64,000 bases of DNA from Promethearchaeota archaeon (GTDB taxonomy: Archaea > Asgardarchaeota > Heimdallarchaeia > Hodarchaeales > Hodarchaeaceae), in assembly GCA_048938105.1 (NCBI GenBank), contig JBHLMN010000003.1:128001-192000 (forward strand), written 5' to 3'. A program made the translations under genes and the position numbers. Shown piece after piece: positions 50,184 through 59,621 of this stretch. The notes beneath the pieces are model-generated. The model was given only the letters and a program-made list of their open reading frames with translations, had not been told where the DNA came from and searched no databases. The stretch's first letter is position 1. Each line of letters begins with the position of its first letter.

Positions 50184-51527
50184 CTATACGCCCTTAAAGG
50201 TATCAAATTCCTCAATATATTTATAGTTAGGTGTCAACTCTCCCAGATGAACAATGACTGCATTCTTGATTACTGGTGGTAAATCTAATTCAGAGAAAGG
50301 TTTTGAGTAATCAGCTTTTGCAATTATCGGTACATATGGCTTTAACGTCTCACTGAAACTAGTTGAGGATTCAACGGGTAATTCGCAAGGGAGATTATCC
50401 ACAGCCATAATTGCCATTCCTATTCCCTTCAATCCAACAGTTCCTTCATCAGTAAAAGGATTATAGATAAATACTGGGTTATCAGGTTTTGTTGTCTGTA
50501 ATGTGGCTTCAATGCCTCCTTCAATATCACAAGAAATGTCACCTATGATTTGGCACTGAATTTCTTCGTCAGATTCGAATTGAGACTTAAGGAATTTCTT
50601 AGTTATTAATCTGGGGTATTTATCACTCCAATAAATCGCATTTATGAGGATTGATATGTATGGGAAATATTGCTCGAAAATTCCTCTATATTTTGTTTTA
50701 CCATGATCATAGTAATGTTGTAAGTTAAATTCACCTTCAATTGGTTCAACCATATGCTCCTCTTTAAATACGACTTTGTAAACGCAATTCGGGGAGAATT
50801 CTCCCCGATCAAAAAAATCTTTTAGTTCCATTGGGTCAATCTCTTCGACTGGCAAAAATTCTAACATGGATTGGGCGCCAGTTGACACATTTCCATAACC
50901 AGCAAAACCAATCACAAGAGGAACGAGTTCTTTTGGAAGTCCTTTTTCAATTATTTCTTCACCCACCTCAGATACAGCTTTTCTTGCACTATCTAGACTT
51001 TCGTATTCCCAAGTATGTTTGAGTTTCTGGAATGGATTTTCTACTTTTTTATTTAATTTCACTCTTTGGCCATATCCCCAAAGAATTTCAACCATCCCAG
51101 CTAAGCCAGCCCAATTTCCAAAAAAGATAAGACGAAATCCTTTTTCATTAACCACCTTTTCATAATCAATGAGAGTAGCCTTCCTCTCCATTATTTTTTT
51201 CAACATTGGCATATTGTGTTTCTGACCTTTTATTGTATGCGAAAAGAATATATAGGTTTTTGGAGATTTTTGAGCCTCAACGACTGGAAGTGGGATTTCT
51301 TTTATTGCAAAAATCACATTTGCTTCTTCAATGTCAGGGATCACTTTTACTCCAATTTCACGGTAGTATTCATCTTTGAAAGCCCGAATTGAAGAGGATT
51401 GTACAACAAAATCGATAGATTCTTTGTTAATTAACTCTTTCATATCATTAGGAACAATGGGGACTCTTCTTTCCCATACATTTTTATTTTCCAACCTAAC
51501 ACCCACTTTATTTTTCATTAAAACCAC
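50184..51527 (-). CDS. Lysine-ketoglutarate reductase (AASS LKR-domain type)
   Basis: WERRVP, FFSHTIKGQ..NM, LIDYE, GYGNVS.GA, DISCD, AVDNLP.ELP. Confidence 0.92.
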   Translation of the reverse strand: MVLMKNKVGVRLENKNVWERRVPIVPNDMKELINKESIDFVVQSSSIRAFKDEYYREIGVKVIPDIEEANVIFAIKEIPLPVVEAQKSPKTYIFFSHTIKGQKHNMPMLKKIMERKATLIDYEKVVNEKGFRLIFFGNWAGLAGMVEILWGYGQRVKLNKKVENPFQKLKHTWEYESLDSARKAVSEVGEEIIEKGLPKELVPLVIGFAGYGNVSTGAQSMLEFLPVEEIDPMELKDFFDRGEFSPNCVYKVVFKEEHMVEPIEGEFNLQHYYDHGKTKYRGIFEQYFPYISILINAIYWSDKYPRLITKKFLKSQFESDEEIQCQIIGDISCDIEGGIEATLQTTKPDNPVFIYNPFTDEGTVGLKGIGMAIMAVDNLPCELPVESSTSFSETLKPYVPIIAKADYSKPFSELDLPPVIKNAVIVHLGELTPNYKYIEEFDTFKGV

Positions 51528-51791
51528 TTTCCAACTAGATTTACTTATTTTATAACCTGATGATTTTACAATAAATAGAAATTCCTCTTCTATGATATTT
51601 GTTTGAAATGATTATTTGATTTTTGAACTCCTCTAAATAAATCTTGTTATGATACATGTTCGGAAAATGTTGGATCCCCTCTCCTAAAAGAGATTAAGAT
51701 ACTTTACTAATAACAAAAAGTCATAGAACAAATAAAAGAAAAATAAAAAATATGGTATGAGATTTGTAAGAAAGAATGATTCAGGTTGAAA

Positions 51792-52325
51792 TTACCAGCG
51801 AGTTCTCTCACGATCTCGTGAACGGCCCCTATCACCCGAAAAACCACGATCACCGCGATCACCGCGATCACCGCGATCTCCACGGTTGTATCCACCATAA
51901 CTCCGGCGTGGCCTTCTTCTTCTGCGAGTATCCTCATGGACTTCTTCAGATCGGTCATTATCCATATCAACAGAATCAAGAGTAATTTTTTCATCTGTTT
52001 CTTCAAGAGAACCCCACTTTCCTAGCGCCAGACGCATATGTTCTTGGAAGACATTCACATAACCATTCTTAACCATATAAGTGTCTCCTTCATTGACTCG
52101 GTCAATTGTGTCGTCCCAGAGGGTAAGGATAATGGTACCTGTTGGATCCCCAATTTTTACATCAGCTAATGTATGTTCTTCATTTGTTTTTCGGGATGTA
52201 ATTGTACGTGATTCACCTTTCTCAATAACAACGAATGTTACTTGAAGCTTTCGATCGAAAGGTGATAATTCACTAATTTTCTTTTCATTTAATTCAATAT
52301 TACTGTCGTCTTGAGATTCGTTCAT
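51792..52325 (-). CDS. ssb: Single OB-fold ssDNA-binding protein with R/G/D-rich tail
   Basis: KIGDPTGTIILTLWD, VKNGYVNVFQ..MRL.LGKWG; start MNESQ at 52325 preferred over 52379. Confidence 0.88.
   Translation of the reverse strand: MNESQDDSNIELNEKKISELSPFDRKLQVTFVVIEKGESRTITSRKTNEEHTLADVKIGDPTGTIILTLWDDTIDRVNEGDTYMVKNGYVNVFQEHMRLALGKWGSLEETDEKITLDSVDMDNDRSEEVHEDTRRRRRPRRSYGGYNRGDRGDRGDRGDRGFSGDRGRSRDRERTRW
51847..51882. repeat. 9-bp coding tandem repeat (CGATCACCG)x3 plus one degenerate unit
   Basis: Read directly; encodes RGD repeats in the SSB tail. Confidence 0.9.
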
Positions 52326-52946
52326 AATTTTCACGTGTGTTTTCTTTTCACGATGCTTAAAGCTTCGCTTGATAATCACATAAAAGAAGAATCAGGTTAA
52401 ATCGAGTAAACTGATGCATATTCGAGCCTTTTGATGTGAATAAAAGCGTTTTTCGTGCAAATTACTTGAAAAAAAAAGAGAATTATTAACCTTTTTATTT
52501 TTGGTTGAATAAATCCACTAATATGATGGTGTTTTGTATTAAACCTGCCAATATTATTGAAGCTTCATAGAGAACAACTAATCAAATATAGTAACAAATT
52601 CAAGCCTGTTTAAGACTTCTCAAGAATAATACCAGAGAAAGTATAAAAATCTCTGGTGTAAAATAATATCGATAAACTAATTTATTTATTTTATAGCCAA
52701 AACTAGTGAGATTTTATGGTAGACTATGAAATTTTTGACAACCAGACGATCTACTATAAGAGTTCAGCCTCCGCTTCCCAAAATTACAGTTTTCACGCAT
52801 CATCTCCTCGAAAATACAGCTGAACCAATATTTCCTGACGTAATAACCTTAAAAAGTAACAAGCAATACATTATAATGTGTCACATTGTCTGATTATGAG
52901 TTGAGAATCAGATAGCTAATATTAGAAGTTAATCTAACAAATCCAC

Positions 52947-53176
52947 TGAGATTGTCAGGGTTCTCTTTAACAAAATGAAAAACAGAAATACTCTATAAAG
53001 ATCAATCGAAAATTATCAAAAAAGGAGAGGCGTTAAGAAGTAAGAAGTTAGAATTTTCACTTTCACTGATCTCTCTCAGGTACAGAATTATAAGATTGCA
53101 TCATCAATATATAAACAACTACAAGTACGCTGAAATATCAATTATAATTTCAAAAGTAAGATCGCTGACAATCTCA
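52947..53176. repeat. Perfect 12-bp inverted repeat pair upstream of tnpB
   Basis: TGAGATTGTCAG (52947-52958) and CTGACAATCTCA (53165-53176). Confidence 0.7.
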
Positions 53177-53219
53177 CTTTTATTCTCTCAGGAAATTCAA
53201 CCAGAGTGAAGTTCTCCTA

Positions 53220-54428
53220 ATGATGGTCACACGAACAGAACAAATCTGGTTAAAACCGAATAAAACCCTCTCTTGGTTCTGTCATCTGTCAAAGAACCTC
53301 TACAACGAAGGAAATTACCAAATCCGTCAGGAGTTTTTCAAACATAACAAATGGATTCACTATCAATCCCTGTATCACATACTAAAAACCTCTAATAGCT
53401 ATTGTCAGCTTCCTGCTCAGACTGCTCAACAGGTCTTGAAAATCCTTGATAGAAATTGGACGTCCTTTTTTAGAGCGATTAAAGAGTGGAGGAATAACAA
53501 ATCAAAATTTAAAGCAAAGCCTAATCTCCCTCGATATAAACCGAAGAATGGGGAGTTTATGTTGGTTTTTACCAATCAACAGGTGAAATTAAAAGATAGA
53601 ATCCTCCGATTTCCTAAGAGAGTCGGATTAGAAATAAAAACAAGACTTCCTGAGAATACTGACATTAGAGAAGTAAGAATAATTCCGAAAGGAGTCGGAT
53701 ATGTATTAGAAATTGTCTATATTAAAATATCTAATCTAAAGGCTTTGAATAAGAATAATATTATTGCAATTGACCTAGGGGTGCGCAACCTCGTAACTGG
53801 GGTCAATAACAATGGATTAAATCCATTTGTTATTAAAGGCGGGGTTGTTAAATCCATTAATCAATACTATAACAAAGAACGAGCGAGAATTCAATCAATA
53901 TATGACCGACAGGGAATAAAAACAGGAAGAAAATTGTCAAAACTGACCAGTAAGCGCAATAAAAAACTTAATGACTATTTTCACAAGATTAGCAAGCGGA
54001 TAATAAACTATTGTGTGGAAAATGACATCGGGACATTAATAATTGGGTATAATCCCAATTGGAAACAAAACTGTCAGATTGGTAAGAGGAATACCCAAAA
54101 TTTTGTCACCTTACCTTTTTATAGACTTGTACATCAGCTTGAATATAAATCTGAGGAACAGGGGATAAAAATCATTAAACAAGAAGAAAATCATTCGAGT
54201 AAGTGTTCATTCTTAGATAATGAGCTAATAAAACATCATACAAGATATCTTGGAAAACGGATTACTAGAGGGTTGTTTAAATCCAAGAGAGGTATAATTA
54301 TCAATGCTGATGTGAATGGAGCATTTAATATTCTTAAGAAAGCAGTCCCAAATGCTTTACTCGCTGATGGGATAGAGGCTGTCGGGTTACAGCCATCACG
54401 ATGGAGATTAGCATCGGTGACGAGCTAG
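53220..54428 (+). CDS. tnpB: RNA-guided endonuclease TnpB (IS200/IS605 family)
   Basis: SKNLYN, AQTAQQ, IAIDLG, QEENHSSKCS, INADVNGAFNI. Confidence 0.93.
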   Translation: MMVTRTEQIWLKPNKTLSWFCHLSKNLYNEGNYQIRQEFFKHNKWIHYQSLYHILKTSNSYCQLPAQTAQQVLKILDRNWTSFFRAIKEWRNNKSKFKAKPNLPRYKPKNGEFMLVFTNQQVKLKDRILRFPKRVGLEIKTRLPENTDIREVRIIPKGVGYVLEIVYIKISNLKALNKNNIIAIDLGVRNLVTGVNNNGLNPFVIKGGVVKSINQYYNKERARIQSIYDRQGIKTGRKLSKLTSKRNKKLNDYFHKISKRIINYCVENDIGTLIIGYNPNWKQNCQIGKRNTQNFVTLPFYRLVHQLEYKSEEQGIKIIKQEENHSSKCSFLDNELIKHHTRYLGKRITRGLFKSKRGIIINADVNGAFNILKKAVPNALLADGIEAVGLQPSRWRLASVTS

Positions 54429-54480
54429 TTGATGACCTCAGGTGAATAAAAGTGATTTTTATTTCATCAGTTTTAATAAC
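53220..54480 (+). mobile_element. IS1341-like solo-TnpB element; left end not defined, right end ~54480
   Basis: No TnpA seen; imperfect hairpin at 54443-54466 followed by TTTTAATAAC as putative right end. Confidence 0.6.
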
Positions 54481-54981
54481 CTAAGAGTTCAGAAAATATC
54501 CTTAAAGAAAATTATTATCTGAGAAAGCTGGAATAAAATGGACTACTGAAAACTATTGCAATTCGAAATTTTTTGAATATTTAAGGTATTTAATTAATAA
54601 TTACGTGCCCATATAATTCCTCTCTTTCAGATCTAAATTTTTTAATAAAGTGCTATGATTTCAATTTAAAAATTGTTTCACTGTCATGATATAATCAACA
54701 AATCCGACTATATTCAAAATAAACATCATAATAGTTCAAGGTAGTTACTAGAAAAATTTAAAGAAATCATAATGTAACAGGATTTATTCAATAGGAATAT
54801 AAGTGTAAAGTAGATTAGGAACATTCATTCCAATTTTAAAATATCAAGAGAGGTGCGAATGAGATATTAAAACAGGAAAAAAAGTACCGCAATGAATAAT
54901 CTTGTGCCATGTTGTACCACAGAGAGCAAAGATAGTAAAATCGTTAAATTTATAAATAGAGAGATTTTTTAGCTATACACT

Positions 54982-56220
54982 GTGAATGGTGATTTTATGC
55001 AGGAGTTGGAAGGATCTCAGATTGATGATCAGATATCTTCAGATAAAGTCAGGAATTCAGAATTTTGGACAAACAAACAACGTCAAATGAATCATATCCA
55101 TTACACAGTTTCCTACCGCGGTTCTTTTAAACCTGAATTACCACATTTCTTTATATCGAAATATTTAGGGGATAATGGTAATTTAACAAAGTACTTCACT
55201 GATGACGAAGAAAAATTAGTGTTAGATCCTTTTGCAGGGCGAGGAACTACTATTATACAAGCAAACTTAATGGGTTATAATGCAATTGGTAATGATATAA
55301 ATCCATTATTTGAAAAAATATGTTACCCTTTAACTCATCCGCCGAAAATAAATGAAATAGAAGAACGAATTCATGAAATAGATTACTTTAAAAAATCACT
55401 TGATGATTTTAATCTAGAAAAAAAAGAAGATTTGCTTCCTTTTTACCATTCATATACGTTAACACAACTGTTAAATCTCAAAGAATATTTAAGAACGCAT
55501 CATGATGACATCGACAGGTTTATTGAGGTAATTGCTCTCTCTAGGCTCCATGGACATTCACCTGGGTTCTTTTCTGCATATTCATTCCCTCAAATATCAG
55601 TACCCCCCCAAAGGCAAAGAAAAATAAACCAAAAACACAGTTTACCTGTTGAAAAAAATATAGCTGAATTAATTTTGAGAAAAGCAAGAAGATCTCTGCG
55701 AGGAGATATATTTGAACTTGATACATTAAGAAAATATGGTAGGAATTCAATTTTTACTCATGATGACGCTCGAAACCTTCCAAAAGAATTCTATAAGGAT
55801 TCTTTCGTTGATTTAATAATTACTTCTCCCCCATTTTTAGCTCAAGTAGATTACTTAGGGGATAACTGGTTAGAATTCTGGTTCTTAGACATAGATCCTG
55901 ATTCATTTAAAGAAAATCTTGTAATGACCAATAGTATGGAAGTCTGGAAAGATTTCATTAGAAATTCACTAAAGGAAATGTATAGAGTTCTGAAAAACAA
56001 AGGAGTTGTAGTAATAGAAGTGGGAGATGTGAAATATAAACGGGAGAGAATAAATTTAGATGAAATAGTAGAAGATTTAGGTATAGAAGTAGGATTTTCA
56101 ATAATTAAGAGATATATTCATTTGCAGAAATTTACCAAACTCTCAAATTGCTTTAATGTAAGGAACAATATAGATGGAGTAAATACACAGCGAATGGTTG
56201 CCTTTAAAAAGAAAGTATAG
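54982..56220 (+). CDS. Amino-DNA methyltransferase (N4C/N6A, alpha order)
   Basis: SYRGSFKPELP, DPFAGRGT, DLIITSPPF; likely start ATG 54997. Confidence 0.9.
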   Translation: MNGDFMQELEGSQIDDQISSDKVRNSEFWTNKQRQMNHIHYTVSYRGSFKPELPHFFISKYLGDNGNLTKYFTDDEEKLVLDPFAGRGTTIIQANLMGYNAIGNDINPLFEKICYPLTHPPKINEIEERIHEIDYFKKSLDDFNLEKKEDLLPFYHSYTLTQLLNLKEYLRTHHDDIDRFIEVIALSRLHGHSPGFFSAYSFPQISVPPQRQRKINQKHSLPVEKNIAELILRKARRSLRGDIFELDTLRKYGRNSIFTHDDARNLPKEFYKDSFVDLIITSPPFLAQVDYLGDNWLEFWFLDIDPDSFKENLVMTNSMEVWKDFIRNSLKEMYRVLKNKGVVVIEVGDVKYKRERINLDEIVEDLGIEVGFSIIKRYIHLQKFTKLSNCFNVRNNIDGVNTQRMVAFKKKV

Positions 56221-56230
56221 TGATTCTTTC

Positions 56231-56839
56231 CTAAATTCTTGCTTCTAGAGTCTTTTTGGAGCTTGCAGAGCATTCAATCTTTGTTGTAAGCTCAATGATA
56301 GAAAGGTTAATTAAACGTACTTCATTAGGATAGACGTTAGGAATATCTTCGGTTGATTCTAAATCATAAATAAAAACTAAACCTAAATGATACCCTGATT
56401 TTTCTACTTTAAGACCACGTGGTGAAAGATATAGATAACGTGGACTTGAACCAGTTGTAGATCTCATTGTTTTAATCGTTAAGTAACCGCTGTCAATCTC
56501 AAATCTTGGATAACCAGCCCATCCCAAGCTTTCTATAGAAAGCTTTGTCTGTGTTCGTATCCTATCCTCAATTTCTCTTTGAAACCAAGAAGAAATTTCT
56601 GTTCTTAAATTTGATTCAGGTTCAGGGTCAAACTCCTGACCCCCTTTATTTTGTATGTCATTGATAAGATTATTAGCAACATTTAATAGCTCATTTTTAA
56701 GATTAACACATTCTGTTTTTGTTAAATCAAATTCCCAAACTTTAAAATTTGTTAAAATCTCAATAATTTCTTTTACAGATAATTTTGTATATTTTTCATT
56801 GAATTCTTTTATCAGTTCTTTAAATCTTTTATTTCCCAC
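56231..56839 (-). CDS. Restriction endonuclease-like protein with degenerate PD-(D/E)xK motif
   Basis: GYPRFEI...YLTIKT...SSPRYLYLSP; convergent with an MTase gene. Confidence 0.45.
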   Translation of the reverse strand: MGNKRFKELIKEFNEKYTKLSVKEIIEILTNFKVWEFDLTKTECVNLKNELLNVANNLINDIQNKGGQEFDPEPESNLRTEISSWFQREIEDRIRTQTKLSIESLGWAGYPRFEIDSGYLTIKTMRSTTGSSPRYLYLSPRGLKVEKSGYHLGLVFIYDLESTEDIPNVYPNEVRLINLSIIELTTKIECSASSKKTLEARI

Positions 56840-56950
56840 ATAAATCCCACCTTATGGATTTACTGCATATTTCTCTTAATAGCACCTATTTAATCCCTAT
56901 AAAGTTTTCAATTATTGAATATAAAAGCATTAAGAGGATATACAATGAGT

Positions 56951-57409
56951 TTAGGTAGTTTCATCATCATCTTCATTCATTTCTAGGTTTAATTCAAGGA
57001 GTTTTTCTATTAAAAGTTCTTCTATTGTTTCCGTTTTTGAATCATCTAGTAATAATTCATCTAGTAGGAATATCCCTGCATTAACAAACCTTTGGGCTTC
57101 TGTATAGACTTCTTTCTCCTTTTTTGGATCTAAATAGGTGAGATCACTTTTATATGCAGTCACAATAAAATGTGGTAAATCTTTATAATATCTTTCCAAT
57201 GCAATTCTACTTACTAATGGTTTATTACCTAAAGGCTCCTCTTTTTGCGTTTTTGCCTTATAACCGAAGGCTAATGCCCAAGCCCAAATCGTGGCATTGG
57301 TAGCTTTACTTTTAAATATTTCATGATTTGCTAAATTTAATACGATATCTTGAGCTCTTGATGGAAAACGTAAGTCTCTTGGTGCTTCTTCTATCTGTTG
57401 ATTGGACAT
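56951..57409 (-). CDS. Small DndE/PbeD-like protein
   Basis: IF....ATIWAWALAFGY...FVNAGIFLL; directly downstream of the SMC-like ATPase. Confidence 0.55.
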   Translation of the reverse strand: MSNQQIEEAPRDLRFPSRAQDIVLNLANHEIFKSKATNATIWAWALAFGYKAKTQKEEPLGNKPLVSRIALERYYKDLPHFIVTAYKSDLTYLDPKKEKEVYTEAQRFVNAGIFLLDELLLDDSKTETIEELLIEKLLELNLEMNEDDDETT

Positions 57410-57422
57410 TTAAATACCTCTA

Positions 57423-59378
57423 TTAAGAAATTTCTGTAGTACCTGAAATTTTATCATATTTTAGATTTATAATTTTATTGATAAATCGATCTAAACCTTT
57501 TTTAACAGCACCAGTGTACTCAGAAGGAGTTGCTAATATGGTTATTTGACTATTTTTTAAATATTTAGGAAGGTTTTGAGATATGTTCCGTCTAGCAGCT
57601 TCGCCTATTCTACCAAAAGGTGTATCAATTATAACAGGTAAATCGAATCCAGATACATCTCTCACAGCTGTGATAAATGCTAAGGCTAAGAAATTCTGTT
57701 CTCCTGCTGAAAGTGATCCTAGTGCTTCTTTCCCAAATTTTTTTATTGATAAACCACTCTCTGTTTCAAGTGAAATTGTATCAAAAGTGTTTTCATCTTT
57801 CCAATGAAACTCTCTAAAATAATCATTCATTTTTTTATTAACTTTCATCATTGTTTCTGATTCAATGTTAATTTTAGCTTTTTCTAAAATCTCTATTGCA
57901 GCATTAGTTAAATCACGTCTTTTAACACTTAATTTGTGCTTTTTTTGTTTATTTAATTCATTATTAATTTTAGTATCAACTTCTATTTCATTAGACTTAA
58001 ATTGATCAATAGAGTGCTCTAACCGACCAATAGATCGTGTTAAATCGTAAATTCGTTTTTCTAAAGATTTACGCTGTGTTTCAAGTGCTTTTACGAACTC
58101 TTCAGGATTGTCTTTTAAAATCTCACTGATTTGTTTGCTTCTGAGAGTGTTTAAATTAATTTGATTTTGAATTGCACTTATTTCACTCCTTAATCTTTTC
58201 AGTCTTATTGATAAATTTTTATACTTAGTTTGTTGAACTAATATTTCTTTATATTTTGTTTGCGCTATTTGAATAAATTCTTGTGTAATGAGAGTTTTTA
58301 AAAGAAATTCTACTTCCTTTCTGTGTATACTGCCTTCTGTTAATTCCTGTTTACATATACATAAACCTTGTTCTAATAATTGCTTAACAAAAGTATCCTT
58401 AATATCAGGAGGAAATTCACCGATTTTTTCCTTATTATCTATTAGTTCTCGAACTTTTTTAAGAGCTGAATTACTTAGAAAAAAAGGACCTTCATACTGA
58501 GTATATTTTAAACGTTCTTCTTCAAGACTTGAGCGATTTTTATTCAGTGTCTTCCTCTGAGTTTCTAGCTCTTGTCTTTCATTAGCTAATTTTTGGATAT
58601 CTTGACCTTTACATGTTTCGTATTCTCTATCAATCTTATTTTTTTCAGATTCAGCTAATGTTAAAGCCCTTTTATTTTCCATTATCTGAGATTGGGTTGT
58701 AGTTTTCTTACTTTCTAACATATCTCTTTCTTTTAATAAATATTCAAGATTAGGATTGTGCTTTGCTACTTCTTTTGCATAATCTTTTTTTACTTCTTTC
58801 AATTTCCGTATTGTCTCTTTAAGAATGTCAATTCGTGCTAATTTTTCAATTCCTTTTGCGACCGTATCGCTTACTGTTGATAGGAAATAGTTCTCTAACT
58901 GTTCTCCATCAAAAAGAAAGAAGTCAATTAAATCTTCAGGAATGTTTTGCCCAATAAAGATGTTTGGGTCAGTTAAAGATACAGGATTAGGATTATTTTT
59001 AGGTATTAAAACAGCAGTAAGCTTCTGCCCATCAATATCGCCATTGTAAATGGTAGATTCTCGTGTTATAATTAATTCATCATATTTCTTATTAGAATCT
59101 GCTAAATCAAAACTAATTTCTACCAATACTTGTTTAAGTTCGTTAGATGTTTCATTATCGAGTATTTGAGTAGGTATAGGAAGTTCATCGTAATCTGTGG
59201 TTTTCCGTTCCTTTCCATATAGACACCAAGAGATACTGTTTAGAAAGTTGGTCTTACCCTCTCCATTTTCACCAATTATAAGCGTGATATTCTTCCCCTC
59301 ATTATTATTCTTAAATTCTAATTCTTGATGTCCTTTAAATTGACGATAATTTTCTAATACAATCTTTTTGATTCTCAT
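57423..59378 (-). CDS. pbeC: SMC/Rad50-like ATPase (DndD/PbeC-like)
   Basis: LENYRQF, GENGEGKT, FFLFDGE, coiled coils with CIC hook, LSAGE, IIDTPFGR; start MRIKK at 59378. Confidence 0.65.
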   Translation of the reverse strand: MRIKKIVLENYRQFKGHQELEFKNNNEGKNITLIIGENGEGKTNFLNSISWCLYGKERKTTDYDELPIPTQILDNETSNELKQVLVEISFDLADSNKKYDELIITRESTIYNGDIDGQKLTAVLIPKNNPNPVSLTDPNIFIGQNIPEDLIDFFLFDGEQLENYFLSTVSDTVAKGIEKLARIDILKETIRKLKEVKKDYAKEVAKHNPNLEYLLKERDMLESKKTTTQSQIMENKRALTLAESEKNKIDREYETCKGQDIQKLANERQELETQRKTLNKNRSSLEEERLKYTQYEGPFFLSNSALKKVRELIDNKEKIGEFPPDIKDTFVKQLLEQGLCICKQELTEGSIHRKEVEFLLKTLITQEFIQIAQTKYKEILVQQTKYKNLSIRLKRLRSEISAIQNQINLNTLRSKQISEILKDNPEEFVKALETQRKSLEKRIYDLTRSIGRLEHSIDQFKSNEIEVDTKINNELNKQKKHKLSVKRRDLTNAAIEILEKAKINIESETMMKVNKKMNDYFREFHWKDENTFDTISLETESGLSIKKFGKEALGSLSAGEQNFLALAFITAVRDVSGFDLPVIIDTPFGRIGEAARRNISQNLPKYLKNSQITILATPSEYTGAVKKGLDRFINKIINLKYDKISGTTEIS

Positions 59379-59391
59379 ACTATATTCATTC

Positions 59392-59610
59392 CTATTTTGG
59401 GATGAATCCTTCAATGACTTTCTTATAATGCTTCTTGTATGTTTTAGCATCAGTTGTTATTAATCTATGTTCTGTATTCAATATGTTTTCAAGAAATGTT
59501 TTCATTTTTATCAAATCAAGTCCAGCGAGATCTTCTTTGCTATACTTATCACAAACATCAATAACTTTGGAGATAATTGTTTTTAAACTTCTTATTTGAT
59601 ACAGGGACAT
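59392..59610 (-). CDS. Small protein in the PbeB position
   Basis: 72-aa ORF preceded by GAGG, tightly packed between helicase and ATPase. Confidence 0.6.
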   Translation of the reverse strand: MSLYQIRSLKTIISKVIDVCDKYSKEDLAGLDLIKMKTFLENILNTEHRLITTDAKTYKKHYKKVIEGFIPK

Positions 59611-59621
59611 GTATTTTCCTC

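Noticed and set aside
51847-51882. RGD integrin-binding motifs or a CRISPR-like repeat
   Set aside because: Spacerless 9-bp coding microsatellite in a cytoplasmic SSB tail.
56951-59378. Complete Dnd phosphorothioation system
   Set aside because: Only DndD/DndE-like genes are present; no DndC or cysteine desulfurase in the window.
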